The position numbers and the translations under genes were made by a program. Below, one piece after another: positions 49,280 through 59,401 of a stretch of DNA of 64,000 nucleotides (its first letter is position 1; each line of letters opens with the position of its first letter). Source of the DNA: a virus. A model generated the notes under the pieces. It had not been told where the DNA came from. It did no database searches and worked only from the letters and a program-made list of their open reading frames with translations. Location of the stretch: the IMG/VR virus record IMGVR_UViG_3300004154_000012, one strand, 5' to 3'.

Positions 49280-50064
49280 GGCTTCACGTCCTTGGCGATC
49301 GACAGCTTGACAACGCTTCCGTCACCTTTGCGACGGAATAGGATTTCATCAACACCGGACGCTGTCAGCGTCCCGATCCCGACCGTTAAGCCACCGGAAG
49401 CCGCGTAGTTGGTCGGAAACGCGACGGCATAGGCCCCGCCGTTGGTCAGGCGCAGAAGAAAGTAGCTTTCACCGGCGGTCGGGGCGTTGGAAAGCACCAT
49501 GGAGGTGATGGCGGCGGTCGCCGTGTGGCTAAACACAGTTCCGGTCGCCCAATCCAGCGTGAGGGTTCCGTTGGAGAACGTTGACGTTCCTGGAGTCAAC
49601 GCCGACAACGACCGCCATTTCGCCGCCGCTGTCGTCGCATCGACGAGGGTGAACTCTTCATTGGTCGTCGTGTTGATCCAGCGCGTTCCGATCGGATAGC
49701 CATCGTCGCTGGTCGTCGGGTTGGCCGAGGCGGTAACGTAGAGCTTGTTGGCGATCACTGCGCGCGTGACATTCGTTAAGTCCCTGGTCGCCTTAGTCGC
49801 AAGCGCGTTGGTGATGGCCGTCGAGAAATTGACATCATTGCCCAGCGCCGCAGCCAGTTCGTTGAGCGTGTCGAGCGCCGCTGGGGCACTGGCCACAAGC
49901 GCTGCTATGGCCGCCTCGACGCTCATCAGCGACGCCTTGGTCTCCAGCGCAGCGTCGATGGCGGTCAGCGCCAATCGTAGCCGATCAGCGTCGTCCGCGA
50001 GCTGGTTCGCGCTGTTCGGTAGCGGCCAGTTGTTGTGGGGCGTCCGATCATCAATGATGGTCAT
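49276..50064 (-). CDS. tail fibre protein (shaft/adaptor)
   Basis: NWPLPNSANQLADDADRLRLAL...ALDTLNELAAALGNDVNFS is a motif common in phage tail-fibre N-termini. Confidence 0.6.
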   Translation of the reverse strand: MTIIDDRTPHNNWPLPNSANQLADDADRLRLALTAIDAALETKASLMSVEAAIAALVASAPAALDTLNELAAALGNDVNFSTAITNALATKATRDLTNVTRAVIANKLYVTASANPTTSDDGYPIGTRWINTTTNEEFTLVDATTAAAKWRSLSALTPGTSTFSNGTLTLDWATGTVFSHTATAAITSMVLSNAPTAGESYFLLRLTNGGAYAVAFPTNYAASGGLTVGIGTLTASGVDEILFRRKGDGSVVKLSIAKDVKP

Positions 50065-50077
50065 ATCTCACCATCCC

Positions 50078-51295
50078 TTACGTGACGTAGGCGCGGAGCT
50101 TGCGCGCCCGAGGCCGATGGATCGCAGACCCGCTCAGAGTCAGCTTGATCCGCGTGTTGACGGCGGTGAACGCTGTCAGCGTGTAGGTGCGCTCTTCCCA
50201 GCCATTGTCTACCGGTGCGGCCAGCGACAGGGTGAGGGGTGTCCAAGTGGCGCCGTCGGCGGCCAGCGCTTGCACCTGGACCGTGGATGTCCCGGGGGTG
50301 AAGGTCTCCAGAGACACAGTGACCTTGACGCCGCTTCCGGCCGGAATGGCGCGGCTGACGTAGGTGCCGGTGTCCTTGATCTTGCCCAGGATCGGCTGGA
50401 CGCCCGGGAACAGCACAGGCGACCGCAGCGCCGATCCTTTCAGCACTGCTGACACCGAGACGGCGCCAGTCACCGTGGTCGGCAGGCTGGCGACCTGTCC
50501 GCTGGCCACACGAACTTGGCTGTTGTCAGGCAGGGTGAACAAGAAGTCTACGTTGCAGTCTGCGGCAGGCCGCTCGACGCTGGCGACCGCGATAAGGTCG
50601 GAGGCATCGGTCGCCGAGATGGAGCCCAGAGGCACCGTTGCGGTCAGGCTGTTGAACCGGGCGCCCAGAAGCCGGAACGCCAAGTCGCGGTCGTTGTGGG
50701 GCGTCCAGGTTGAAGCGTTGGAACTGGAGAGCAAGACGCCGATCTGGTAGGGCTGTTCAGTGATCCAACCGCTCGCCGGATCATACTTGCCAAGCTCCGC
50801 CACCGCCAGCGCGTGGTCCGCGTCGTCGGTCAGCACGACGATCGCATACTCGGCGTTCGCGTCCACCCACAGCAGCGGGAATGTGACCCTTGTCGGCACG
50901 CCGCCTAACAGGATATCGCTGGCCTTGATGATGCCCTGCGCCAAGATGTCGCCATTCGGCACGCCGTTGACGACGTTGCGGATCTGAACCAGGACCGGCG
51001 CGTCGCCACCCTTGACAGTGAACCACAGGTCGACACCGCCGATGTGTCGGCCTGTGCTCAGGGCGAAGGTCTGCGCCAGTGGGTCGTGCCAGTTGCGTTC
51101 GATCGTCAGCACGCGACGGCGCGTTTCGTTGGTGATCTTGTTGCTGCCCACGAAGGTCGCTGTCCCATAGGACCCGCCAGCGCCGAAGAACTCGACCTTC
51201 TTGCTGCCGCCGGGGACATTGGGTGGAATCTGGAACGAGCCGGTGACGACGCCCGCCGAGTTTGCTTGCCGCTTTGCCATGTAAACCTCCCTCAA
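50078..51295 (-). CDS. virion structural protein (tail/baseplate-distal)
   Basis: 405-aa ORF in the structural operon. No specific motif. Confidence 0.5.
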   Translation of the reverse strand: MREVYMAKRQANSAGVVTGSFQIPPNVPGGSKKVEFFGAGGSYGTATFVGSNKITNETRRRVLTIERNWHDPLAQTFALSTGRHIGGVDLWFTVKGGDAPVLVQIRNVVNGVPNGDILAQGIIKASDILLGGVPTRVTFPLLWVDANAEYAIVVLTDDADHALAVAELGKYDPASGWITEQPYQIGVLLSSSNASTWTPHNDRDLAFRLLGARFNSLTATVPLGSISATDASDLIAVASVERPAADCNVDFLFTLPDNSQVRVASGQVASLPTTVTGAVSVSAVLKGSALRSPVLFPGVQPILGKIKDTGTYVSRAIPAGSGVKVTVSLETFTPGTSTVQVQALAADGATWTPLTLSLAAPVDNGWEERTYTLTAFTAVNTRIKLTLSGSAIHRPRARKLRAYVT

Positions 51296-53271
51296 ACCGG
51301 CGTGACATCAATGCCGTCGAACAGCAGCTTGGTCAGAACTTCGTTTGGCCCGAAGCCGTCAGCGCTGAAAGTAACGGTGATTTGGCGCAGGAACGTGTCT
51401 TGGGTCTGGCTGGACACCACGACGTCCGTATCCTCGACCACGCGTGATCCGATGAGCGTGCTGTTTCCCGGCACGAAATGGCCGGTTTCGAGGAAGCGCT
51501 GCGTGCTGTCGGACGTGAAAGTAGTGACCGTCTGCGTCCAGTAGTCCACTTCGGGCATCAGCGTGATCCGCGCAGGCACTGGCGAGAACGCCTGATACGG
51601 GTTAATTTTCATGCTGCCGGAGCGCTTAGGCTGTTCCAGCACTGGTTCCAGCACGAAATCGAGGACAACGCGTGAGGACCCGCGAGGATCGGAGATGTCC
51701 GCATCGATCGCGAGCATGAGTTGGCCGTTGAAGATGGCCGCCGTCTGAGCAATACCCTGATCGCGCAAATCGTCGTCCAGGAATGGGTCGGCAAAGACGC
51801 CTTTTTTCGAGGACGGGTCCGAGAGCGACACGTTGATCTGGAGCGCTTGTAGGCTGACGAGTTGATAAAGATTGTCGATCTGCGTCCGCATCATCTCCAG
51901 TTCATTCATCGGAATCGCGCGGATGGCGTTGCTGACCAGCAGCCGGTCAGCGCCCCAGGTCTGCTTGACGGTGGCGACCGGCAGCAGGCCGGAAGGAACG
52001 GTCGGCGATTGAAGGTTGCTGTCGCTGGCCACGCCCGTCAGCCACACAGCCTCACCCTCGCCATTGAGGCACAGGCGGTCGAGGCGCGGCAACGCCCATT
52101 GGTACGTCGTGTTGATCAGCGTCCCGGGCACCGCGCTGGTGACGGTGAAGCCGGTGGTGTCCGGCGATGACGGCGTAACCGTCTTGATATAGCGGTACAC
52201 CACCTTGTAGGCGCTGCCCGGGGCAATTTCGGCGCCCGGCAAGGACCAATCCAGTTTGTCGGATGTCAGTTTATAGTCGGTGCCCTGAACATAGGTGGTG
52301 CCGCCGGTGAAGGCCGCCCCGTTCCAGGTGCCGGCCTGGTTCACGGCGACGATGGAGACGACGGGCGTATCCGGCAGCGCGTCGAGGGCGCCAGCAAATC
52401 CGCCGTGCGTGACGTCGACCACTTTCTCTGCGGTGATGGCGACTTGGTCGATGGATACGACCGGCCCATGGTTCAGGTTCACGCGCTCAGCGCCACCGAC
52501 CGCGGTGTGCGGCTCGCTGATGACGGTCTTCAGGTCCGGCGCAGCCGCATAAACCAAGCGCTGCGCGTGTGTCAGCCGCACCTCGCGACCGTTGATGCGC
52601 GCCTCGCCTTCCTGGAGAGAATAGACTTGTTCACCAGTTCCCAGGTCGGCGAGTTGGGTGAGTTTCAGGCCGGAGGAGACGTAGTAGCCGCCGGCTGACT
52701 GCCGGTCGTAGCGTTCGATCGCAACCGACACGCCGTCGATCTGTGGAGGCGGCTCCTTGGTCTGGATGACGCCGTTGACCACGGTGTAGACCGGATAAAA
52801 CTCGCCGGTTTTCCCGTCGCCTTGGTAGCCCCAGGCCGTGTCGACGCGCAGGCGGGCGGCGCCGGGCTCGGAATAGTTCAGAACGTCTTGTGCAGGATCC
52901 TTGAGGCTCGGGTCCTCCAGTTCCGTCACCACCACGTCAGTGAGGTAGACGCCAACATACACCGTGCCGTTGACCGGGATGGTGAAGCTGCTCGGAGGGA
53001 CGCCACGCACGGCGCCCCGCAGATAAAGCGCGCCACTCTCGGCGATGGCCGCCCCGGTGTCGGGGTTGACGATCAACTGCGCATCCCGAATCAATGCGCC
53101 ATCCTTGAACAGCACGTCGCCGATCTGGCGCAAGCGGTTGATCGCCGCTTCCTGGGTCTCGTTCAGCTCCGCCGACTGGACGACGTGGCCGGTGCGGTAA
53201 AGCAGTCGTTCGTACAGGCGGTGATCGCCAGTCCCCCAGCGGCTGAAATAATCCTGTAGCTCGTTGGCCAT
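51292..53271 (-). CDS. virion structural protein (tail/baseplate-distal)
   Basis: 659-aa ORF with a 4-nt overlap with the next gene. Confidence 0.5.
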   Translation of the reverse strand: MANELQDYFSRWGTGDHRLYERLLYRTGHVVQSAELNETQEAAINRLRQIGDVLFKDGALIRDAQLIVNPDTGAAIAESGALYLRGAVRGVPPSSFTIPVNGTVYVGVYLTDVVVTELEDPSLKDPAQDVLNYSEPGAARLRVDTAWGYQGDGKTGEFYPVYTVVNGVIQTKEPPPQIDGVSVAIERYDRQSAGGYYVSSGLKLTQLADLGTGEQVYSLQEGEARINGREVRLTHAQRLVYAAAPDLKTVISEPHTAVGGAERVNLNHGPVVSIDQVAITAEKVVDVTHGGFAGALDALPDTPVVSIVAVNQAGTWNGAAFTGGTTYVQGTDYKLTSDKLDWSLPGAEIAPGSAYKVVYRYIKTVTPSSPDTTGFTVTSAVPGTLINTTYQWALPRLDRLCLNGEGEAVWLTGVASDSNLQSPTVPSGLLPVATVKQTWGADRLLVSNAIRAIPMNELEMMRTQIDNLYQLVSLQALQINVSLSDPSSKKGVFADPFLDDDLRDQGIAQTAAIFNGQLMLAIDADISDPRGSSRVVLDFVLEPVLEQPKRSGSMKINPYQAFSPVPARITLMPEVDYWTQTVTTFTSDSTQRFLETGHFVPGNSTLIGSRVVEDTDVVVSSQTQDTFLRQITVTFSADGFGPNEVLTKLLFDGIDVTPV

Positions 53272-53281
53272 TATAAGGTCC

Positions 53282-53764
53282 TCACAGGGTCAGCACGAAC
53301 TCGAAGCTTTGCCGGGTGGCGCCGCTGCGCACGATTTTCGGGATGCGTTGCAGAGCCAGAAGCGTGCCTGGACTGTTCAGGTCAGCCGACGCGAAATATG
53401 TTTGACCGGGCGGCAAGCTGCCCTTGACGACGGTGCCGATGAAGACGCCGACCTCGCGGATGTTCGCGGCGGCAGCATCGGCGTAGTCGAAGTTGAATCG
53501 GACGTAGAGGTGATTTGTCGGCGTCACGCTCTCGGCATAGCGGCCGGTCGGCACGATGATTTCGCCGGTGGGGTTCGGGATGCAGTATTTCAGCACCGAG
53601 ACCGCGCGCCTTCCCAGCTCTTGCACGAGCGCGGCAGCAGAGGTGGGTTCAGACTCCGGCGTGGTGTCCCACACCGCATTGCCCGCGCCCCACGCGAGGT
53701 GGATGGGCTGGGCCGCAACAGCAATGGCAATCGCTGTGCGGCCGCTCGTCGTCAGGATAGCCAT
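53282..53764 (-). CDS. virion structural protein
   Basis: Start refined to ATG 53764 (GGAG SD). 160 aa. Confidence 0.5.
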   Translation of the reverse strand: MAILTTSGRTAIAIAVAAQPIHLAWGAGNAVWDTTPESEPTSAAALVQELGRRAVSVLKYCIPNPTGEIIVPTGRYAESVTPTNHLYVRFNFDYADAAAANIREVGVFIGTVVKGSLPPGQTYFASADLNSPGTLLALQRIPKIVRSGATRQSFEFVLTL

Positions 53765-53807
53765 TATGATCGACTCCAAGGGCAAGCACCTTTGAGCCGA
53801 TCATGGC

Positions 53808-53815
53808 GTCACGAC
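53808..53815 (-). promoter_or_regulatory. GTCGTGAC junction motif copy
   Basis: 20 nt after the upstream TGA, and 43 nt before ATG 53764. Confidence 0.6.
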
Positions 53816-53835
53816 ATTCAGAATTAGACCGATCA

Positions 53836-54225
53836 TCACCACACGATGGCGTCGACTTCCTCAATGGTTGCTGCTGCGTCAATGGCCCCAATGAGCGTAT
53901 TGAGCTTCGTTCTCACCCCCGTCACGTCCTCATTGAACTTCACCCCAATGAGGGGATCCAGAAGAGCGCCCGGCATCCCAGCAAAGATGCTGACGTGAAA
54001 TTTGTTGATTCTGCTAATCGACATGGTTGCTTGGGCCGTCACGGCTTTGCGCTTCAGAATCTTGGCCTGGTCCAGGGGTGACGCAGCGGCATCAATGGTC
54101 AACGAGAACGGCGCCAAGGCAACCTCAGACGATGGGACCAGGACAGCAAGCCCGGCTTGCACCATCAGAACCCACTCATCACCCATCAACCCATTACTGA
54201 TACGATTCAGATCATTAATCTTCAT
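53836..54225 (-). CDS. hypothetical structural protein
   Basis: 129-aa ORF, AT-richer than its neighbours. Confidence 0.45.
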   Translation of the reverse strand: MKINDLNRISNGLMGDEWVLMVQAGLAVLVPSSEVALAPFSLTIDAAASPLDQAKILKRKAVTAQATMSISRINKFHVSIFAGMPGALLDPLIGVKFNEDVTGVRTKLNTLIGAIDAAATIEEVDAIVW

Positions 54226-55754
54226 GGCGCTTCAACCTCTATGAACAGGGCATTACCGTCACCATCCATCAATTGCTCGGCATTGTTGTCGGTGAGAGGG
54301 GTCGTAATAAGTGTGATGATTCTCGCGCTCACGATCGGATTGGGATAGGTAACGTGCCCCCATCGCCGCGAATCCCAACCGCCCGTCCAACCGCTCCCGT
54401 AGACATGCGGCGTTTCTACGTAAACGATGACCTCCACCCATGCGCTGGCAGCGTTAGCCAGCGGATCGACCTCACCGAAAATCCACTGTTCCGGAGACAC
54501 GTCGATTTGTAGGGGGTAGTCGAGAGCATCAATGCTTAGCGAGAACGGCACGCGCTCCGTCACCCACTCCAGGATCGGGCGCCAGTCCAGACCCCATTCG
54601 TAATCCGACAGGCGGCCCGAGTGGGACAAGCGCATAGGAGCGCCGCGCTCACGCCGCATCCGCCCAGGTAGGCGCGCCTGCGCCGTGCCTAGCGGGGCTT
54701 GTTCGCTGAGGACGATCTCGCCACGGCAGAACGTCCTTCGGGTGCTGATGGTCGAAGGGTTCGGCAGCGCGTCGTTCGACCCTGCCCAGGCGTCAAAGAT
54801 TGCGAACTGCGGATTTTTTCGCCGGAACGTGCCTGACGGGTAGAAGTTGTAGCCGAGAATGTGACCGTCGTAGTCCTTGATTCTCCAGGAGTAGACGTCC
54901 TCGCCGCCGAAGGAAACGCCGGTACCGGCGTTGATGGCTACAGGGTAGGGCGACGGCAGCGTCACAGGCGGGATCAGCAGAGTTCCGGCTGGCCGGTCAA
55001 GCTCCGCCTCCCGCATGATGGAGTCCCAATCCAGAAACTCCGGAGAGACGAGCTGGAGGGTGTGATAGCAGAACTCCCGACCGTCTGGCAGGCGATCAGG
55101 GCCGCCCAGGCGGGAGCGGCCCAGCACCATCATTTCGCGCCAGGGCTCCCGTGTCTGCACGCTGACGCCCAACATCTGCTTGATGTTGGAGCGCATCGCC
55201 ACGGGGTTCGACCGCGGACGCCGAGGCTCCCACACAACGCGCGCGGCCAAATCGGGGTCGATCTCGCTGGAGCGACGGCGCAGGCCGAAGTAGCTGGCCC
55301 ACAGCTCCAGCCAATCGCCTTCCGCTGTTGGCACCGAGAGTTGCTTCAGCGCTTCGGTGATGTCCGCTTTGGCCGTGTCCAGAACCCGGCCGACAGCATC
55401 TGTCCACCCCCATAGAATGGAGGTGTAGGCGTGGAGATGGTCCCCGTTGCTGGAATCCTGGTCCCCGGAGCCCGGCAGCAGGGCCTGTGCGCCGATGCGG
55501 TCCAATTCGGGATCCGTGTAGGCGATCTCCACGCCAGCCGCCGCCAGCTCCACCCGCACCTGTCCGATGCTGCTGTCGGCCAGAGGCAACACCAAGTCCG
55601 GTTGCGCCGGTCGACTGACCGTCAGTGTGTCGCCGGCAACTGTCCAACGCAGGCCGCCCGCGGACCTCAGGCGCAATGCCAGCACCGATCCCGGATTCCG
55701 ATTAAAGACCCGATGAAGTCGCGACAGCAGGCGGATTTGCATCAGCGCGCTCAT
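54222..55754 (-). CDS. baseplate/tail protein (gpI-position)
   Basis: Start refined to ATG 55754 (ATGA overlap with the baseplate J-like stop). Confidence 0.5.
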   Translation of the reverse strand: MSALMQIRLLSRLHRVFNRNPGSVLALRLRSAGGLRWTVAGDTLTVSRPAQPDLVLPLADSSIGQVRVELAAAGVEIAYTDPELDRIGAQALLPGSGDQDSSNGDHLHAYTSILWGWTDAVGRVLDTAKADITEALKQLSVPTAEGDWLELWASYFGLRRRSSEIDPDLAARVVWEPRRPRSNPVAMRSNIKQMLGVSVQTREPWREMMVLGRSRLGGPDRLPDGREFCYHTLQLVSPEFLDWDSIMREAELDRPAGTLLIPPVTLPSPYPVAINAGTGVSFGGEDVYSWRIKDYDGHILGYNFYPSGTFRRKNPQFAIFDAWAGSNDALPNPSTISTRRTFCRGEIVLSEQAPLGTAQARLPGRMRRERGAPMRLSHSGRLSDYEWGLDWRPILEWVTERVPFSLSIDALDYPLQIDVSPEQWIFGEVDPLANAASAWVEVIVYVETPHVYGSGWTGGWDSRRWGHVTYPNPIVSARIITLITTPLTDNNAEQLMDGDGNALFIEVEAP

Positions 55755-56848
55755 GCCCACTCCACCAGCAAGGTTCCGGGCATCAGAACCGCACTGGAGG
55801 GGCAATGCACAACCAGCGTCGGGGTGGCGATGTTGGCTCCTTGGACGGTCTGGAGTGGCAGCACCGCGTTGACCAAGTCAACGGGTCGCAGGTCGCCGCC
55901 GCTGCGGGTTGAGCGGATGACGCTCGCCAGCGCCGCCGCAATCTGCGCTCTGGTCTCGTCGGTCTGGTACAATGCTGTAACCTGCGCCTCGACCGTCACA
56001 TTAACCCGCAGTTCAGCCATTGCGACCACATCGACGCGCATTCCCGCCGGCCGGTAGCCGGGAACCAACTTGCCCTTTGCGTCCTCGTACCCCTCAATGA
56101 TGTTCCTGGCTGCCTGAGCGAGTTGGGCCGAGGTGTTGCCGACGCCGTTATGGATGTAGACCGCAACATGCCCGACCCCCTCCTGGACCGCCACGCGCGC
56201 CACGCGCTCCAGCGTTGTCGTGCCCGCAACGTCTGTTACACTCGCCAGCCGAGCCGCGTAGGCCAGCGAGCCGATCGTTCCGCGCGCCAATGAACGTATG
56301 AACTCAGCGAAACGCAGCTTACGCTCCGCTTCAGTCTCTTCGCCTCGACCGTTGGCCAGCGCCGCCGGGTTTGTGACACTGAGCACCCCTTCCACCGTGG
56401 AGACCAGGTGCGACACAGCGCCCGGCAGGGCGTTGCTGGCGGGGCCGACAGTGATGGCGGTAATCAGGACATCGACAGCGTTTTGCCCGACTGCGATGCT
56501 CGCGGCCTCCACCGTCTGGTATTCAATGTTGGAATCGCTGGCGACGCGCGTTCCGAGCGGGATTTCGATCCCATTATGGCCGTTGGCTCCGGTGAAGCGC
56601 GCCAGGCCAGCCGCCGGAACGGCTGGCAGCAAGGGGAAGTCGAACGACCGATAGATCGCCGTCGGAATGCCTTCGACCAAGCCGGCCAGATACTGCTGAT
56701 AGAGTTCGTCGATCTCGACGGCCGGCGCCTCGATCATGGTGCGTGCGACCGAGCCGACGTTGAAATCGGTGATTCTTGGGGAGGTCGCCCGCATATGATT
56801 GACCATGCCGGCCACGATCGACAGGAAATCCTTAATTTGAAAGGGCAT
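55751..56848 (-). CDS. baseplate J-like protein
   Basis: 365 aa. Position after the gp25/W-like gene, and N-terminal FQIKDFLSIVAGMVNHMRA..., fit gpJ/gp6-type wedge proteins. Confidence 0.6.
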   Translation of the reverse strand: MPFQIKDFLSIVAGMVNHMRATSPRITDFNVGSVARTMIEAPAVEIDELYQQYLAGLVEGIPTAIYRSFDFPLLPAVPAAGLARFTGANGHNGIEIPLGTRVASDSNIEYQTVEAASIAVGQNAVDVLITAITVGPASNALPGAVSHLVSTVEGVLSVTNPAALANGRGEETEAERKLRFAEFIRSLARGTIGSLAYAARLASVTDVAGTTTLERVARVAVQEGVGHVAVYIHNGVGNTSAQLAQAARNIIEGYEDAKGKLVPGYRPAGMRVDVVAMAELRVNVTVEAQVTALYQTDETRAQIAAALASVIRSTRSGGDLRPVDLVNAVLPLQTVQGANIATPTLVVHCPSSAVLMPGTLLVEWA

Positions 56849-57458
56849 TGCTCATCCCTACCGGCAGGTGCTGACCGTCCACGGTGATTGCGGTGGCGGA
56901 CACGGCGACGGCGTCCCCGGTGATCGTGGCCGAGGTGTTTTCGACGCGCGCGACGCGCCGGTCCGTGCCCAGGGTGCTCGCGACGAATGCCGCCGCGAGC
57001 TGGTTGTTCACCTCGTCCGCTCCGCGACCGATCAGCGCACGTACCGAGCAGCCATACCGTGCATGGAAAAGCAGCTCCCCCGGTTCCGTCGCCAGCGCGT
57101 GGCGCAGCGCCTGGAGCAGGTTGTCCGTGCCGGCCACGAGCGCCATGTCGCCGCTAGCGGTCGCCTCAATTTGACCCCGCGCCAGAGCGATATCGCGACC
57201 GAACACACTGTCGGCGGCCGCCACCCCCGTCGGTGTGGGAGCGCTGGCAGGCAGCATGATCGGATCGCCGGACAGCAAGACAGTGGGACCGGCGGACGCG
57301 GGATCGTCGGTGATGTAGGGCGGAAGAAGCTTGTTGATCTGCGCGAGGTCCGGCCATCGGCTGGCGTCGCCCAACTCGCGCGCGGCGATGGCCTGGAGGC
57401 TGTCGCCAACCCGCGTCTCGGCGCGCCGGTAGCCGGCCAGAGACTTCGTCCAGCTCAT
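56832..57458 (-). CDS. LysM plus GPW/gp25-like baseplate wedge protein
   Basis: N-terminal RVGDSLQAIAARELGDASRWPDLAQINKL (LysM-like). C-terminal LLQALRHALATEPGELLFHARYGCSVRALIG (gp25-like). Confidence 0.6.
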   Translation of the reverse strand: MSWTKSLAGYRRAETRVGDSLQAIAARELGDASRWPDLAQINKLLPPYITDDPASAGPTVLLSGDPIMLPASAPTPTGVAAADSVFGRDIALARGQIEATASGDMALVAGTDNLLQALRHALATEPGELLFHARYGCSVRALIGRGADEVNNQLAAAFVASTLGTDRRVARVENTSATITGDAVAVSATAITVDGQHLPVGMSNALSN

Positions 57459-58585
57459 GACACGGTAACTCCTGCCGGCAGGGCCGCCAGTGCCTGTGTG
57501 GCCACCGCCGGGATCAGGGTGAGGGGATCGCGCCGCAGCGTGTCCAGCGCGTCACGCCCGCCAGCGGACACCGTCAGCCGCGAGGACACTGGAGGGAACA
57601 TGCTGTTGAACGGGTTCTTCTGCTGTTCGGCGAAAGTCGACCAGGGTCGACCGCCGCCGGTGGATGAGCAGGAGCTGGCGCCGAACAGATCATCGTACGA
57701 GCGGAAGTAGCGGCCAGTGTCGAATCCGTGATTGATCGTGCATGAGATGTCGTTCATGGCGCTGGCGGCCCGCATGAGGACGCTCTTGATCGAAAAGGAG
57801 GTCTGCGCCCGAGCCAGAGCGGCGAACCCGTTTCGGGTCGCTTCCGACACCAACTGGACCGTCTGGAGGATCGGAGCCGTCAGTTCGTCAACCAGCCCGC
57901 CACCCGCGTCGATCGTGTCCAGCACAAGCTGCACGCACCCTTGGACGAACGCACAGACATCCGTGACAATGTCGACAATGTCCGAGTACAGTTGCTTGAT
58001 GTCGGAGATGATCCCGCCGATTTCATCAAATAGATTTTCGAGACCAAGCTTGGCCGCAAGCCAGCGCAACGGATTGAAGAGCGCGCCGGTAATCGCATCG
58101 TTGATGCTTCCCGGCTTTGCCGCATCATCCAGAACCACCAATTGGATTTGGTACCTCATCAACAGCGGTGAAGATTTCGACCGCCGCAAGCTGAACGATT
58201 TCGGAGCCACCAGCGCGGTGATTTTGTCGAGCGTGTCGGCAAAGAACAGCTTTACATTGTCCGGGTCCTGCCCGCGAGCGGCAGCTACCGCGCGCCGTTC
58301 GTGCCAGTCCGTGAACACGGTGGCGCGCAGTTTTTCGAATTGCGCAGCCCCATCGCCGCCCACGCCACCGCGCCAGCCAGTATGGCCGGCGAGCGTGATG
58401 GACTGCACCCCACGGTCAAAAGAATCCACCCAGGCACCGCCCAGCGTCTGCTGAACGGCCAACCTGGAGGGTTCCTGCCGGGTCAGCTCTTCGGGGCGGA
58501 TCACGAAGTTCCATGTCTTCGTGCCGCCACCGCCGCCTTCCAGGTAGAAGCCGATCTTGCGGTGTTTTTGGGATGGAGGCGCCAT
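57455..58585 (-). CDS. virion structural protein
   Basis: 376-aa ORF. ATG 58585 lies exactly 14 nt after the GTCGTGAT motif variant (GGAGG in the spacer). Confidence 0.5.
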   Translation of the reverse strand: MAPPSQKHRKIGFYLEGGGGGTKTWNFVIRPEELTRQEPSRLAVQQTLGGAWVDSFDRGVQSITLAGHTGWRGGVGGDGAAQFEKLRATVFTDWHERRAVAAARGQDPDNVKLFFADTLDKITALVAPKSFSLRRSKSSPLLMRYQIQLVVLDDAAKPGSINDAITGALFNPLRWLAAKLGLENLFDEIGGIISDIKQLYSDIVDIVTDVCAFVQGCVQLVLDTIDAGGGLVDELTAPILQTVQLVSEATRNGFAALARAQTSFSIKSVLMRAASAMNDISCTINHGFDTGRYFRSYDDLFGASSCSSTGGGRPWSTFAEQQKNPFNSMFPPVSSRLTVSAGGRDALDTLRRDPLTLIPAVATQALAALPAGVTVS

Positions 58586-58599
58586 ACCTCCATCCTGCC

Positions 58600-58607
58600 A
58601 TCACGAC
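58600..58607 (-). promoter_or_regulatory. junction motif variant GTCGTGAT
   Basis: GTCGTGAT-GGCAGGATGGAGGT-ATG, 14 nt to ATG 58585. Begins 2 nt after the spike gene TGA. Confidence 0.5.
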
Positions 58608-58609
58608 CG

Positions 58610-59401
58610 TCAGCCGCTGCCCGGCCCGGTGGAGCCACTCTGTGCGTCAGGGTGGGTGTGCGTCTTCAGCCCGACGCCGTCGGCTGTGACGTTGCCGTTG
58701 GCCACCGTCACGTTGCCCTGGATGGCGGCGGCGACGCCTTCGCCGCCGGAGCCGGACATGCCGCCCTGGTAGGTCAGCAGCCCGTTCACCGTCACCGCCC
58801 CGGTGAAGGTCGATTGCGGCGCGTCGACGGTGACAGCCGGCGTGGTGATTGTGACCGAGGTGTCAGCGACCATGGTGGCGGTTCCGCCCGGCGTCACCGT
58901 CAACTTGAAGCCGGCGGTCGCCACCGTGATCTGCGCCGGGGCGTTTCCTGGCAGGGTCCAGCCGCCGGCGGCCTTCCCGCCAAGGTCCTCGTGGTCGCCG
59001 GTGCCGATGCGCAGATAGGCGCCGCCCGAGTGGAAAATTTCCACCGAGCCGTCCGGTCCAACAGTCCAGTAGGTACCGGAGGGGTGCCGACGCATCTCCC
59101 GATTCTGTTCGGTGAACCCCATCTCGCCGGTTAGCGGGTTCACCCAGCCGACGACGATAGGAACCCCCTCCAGGAAGCCGCACAGGGCGAGGAGAGTGCG
59201 GCCGCCCCGGCTGTACCCGCCGGCGTCCGCCTCGTTGGCGGGACGCGGCACGTCCGGCACATCCCATGATCCGGCGTCCGAGCTGGCAGAGCCGGTGGCG
59301 ACCAGGACATTCACCGCCCGCCAACCGTCGTCAACGAACACCAAGTCGACCCGCCGGCGCGACGGATGCACGGCGACCACCTGTGCGATGCGCAGGCTCA
59401 T
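58610..59401 (-). CDS. baseplate central spike (gpV/gp45-like)
   Basis: Start refined to ATG 59401 (ATGA overlap). N-terminal OB-like RIAQVVAVHPSRRRVDLVF. Beta-helical VT-rich repeats and an apex GLKTHTHPD (HxH). Confidence 0.65.
   Translation of the reverse strand: MSLRIAQVVAVHPSRRRVDLVFVDDGWRAVNVLVATGSASSDAGSWDVPDVPRPANEADAGGYSRGGRTLLALCGFLEGVPIVVGWVNPLTGEMGFTEQNREMRRHPSGTYWTVGPDGSVEIFHSGGAYLRIGTGDHEDLGGKAAGGWTLPGNAPAQITVATAGFKLTVTPGGTATMVADTSVTITTPAVTVDAPQSTFTGAVTVNGLLTYQGGMSGSGGEGVAAAIQGNVTVANGNVTADGVGLKTHTHPDAQSGSTGPGSG

Noticed and set aside
46175-50064. A diversity-generating retroelement or an invertible (Mu G / P1 C-like) tail-fibre switch.
   Set aside because: The window contains no reverse transcriptase, no template/variable repeat pair, no serine invertase and no inverted fibre-gene duplicates.
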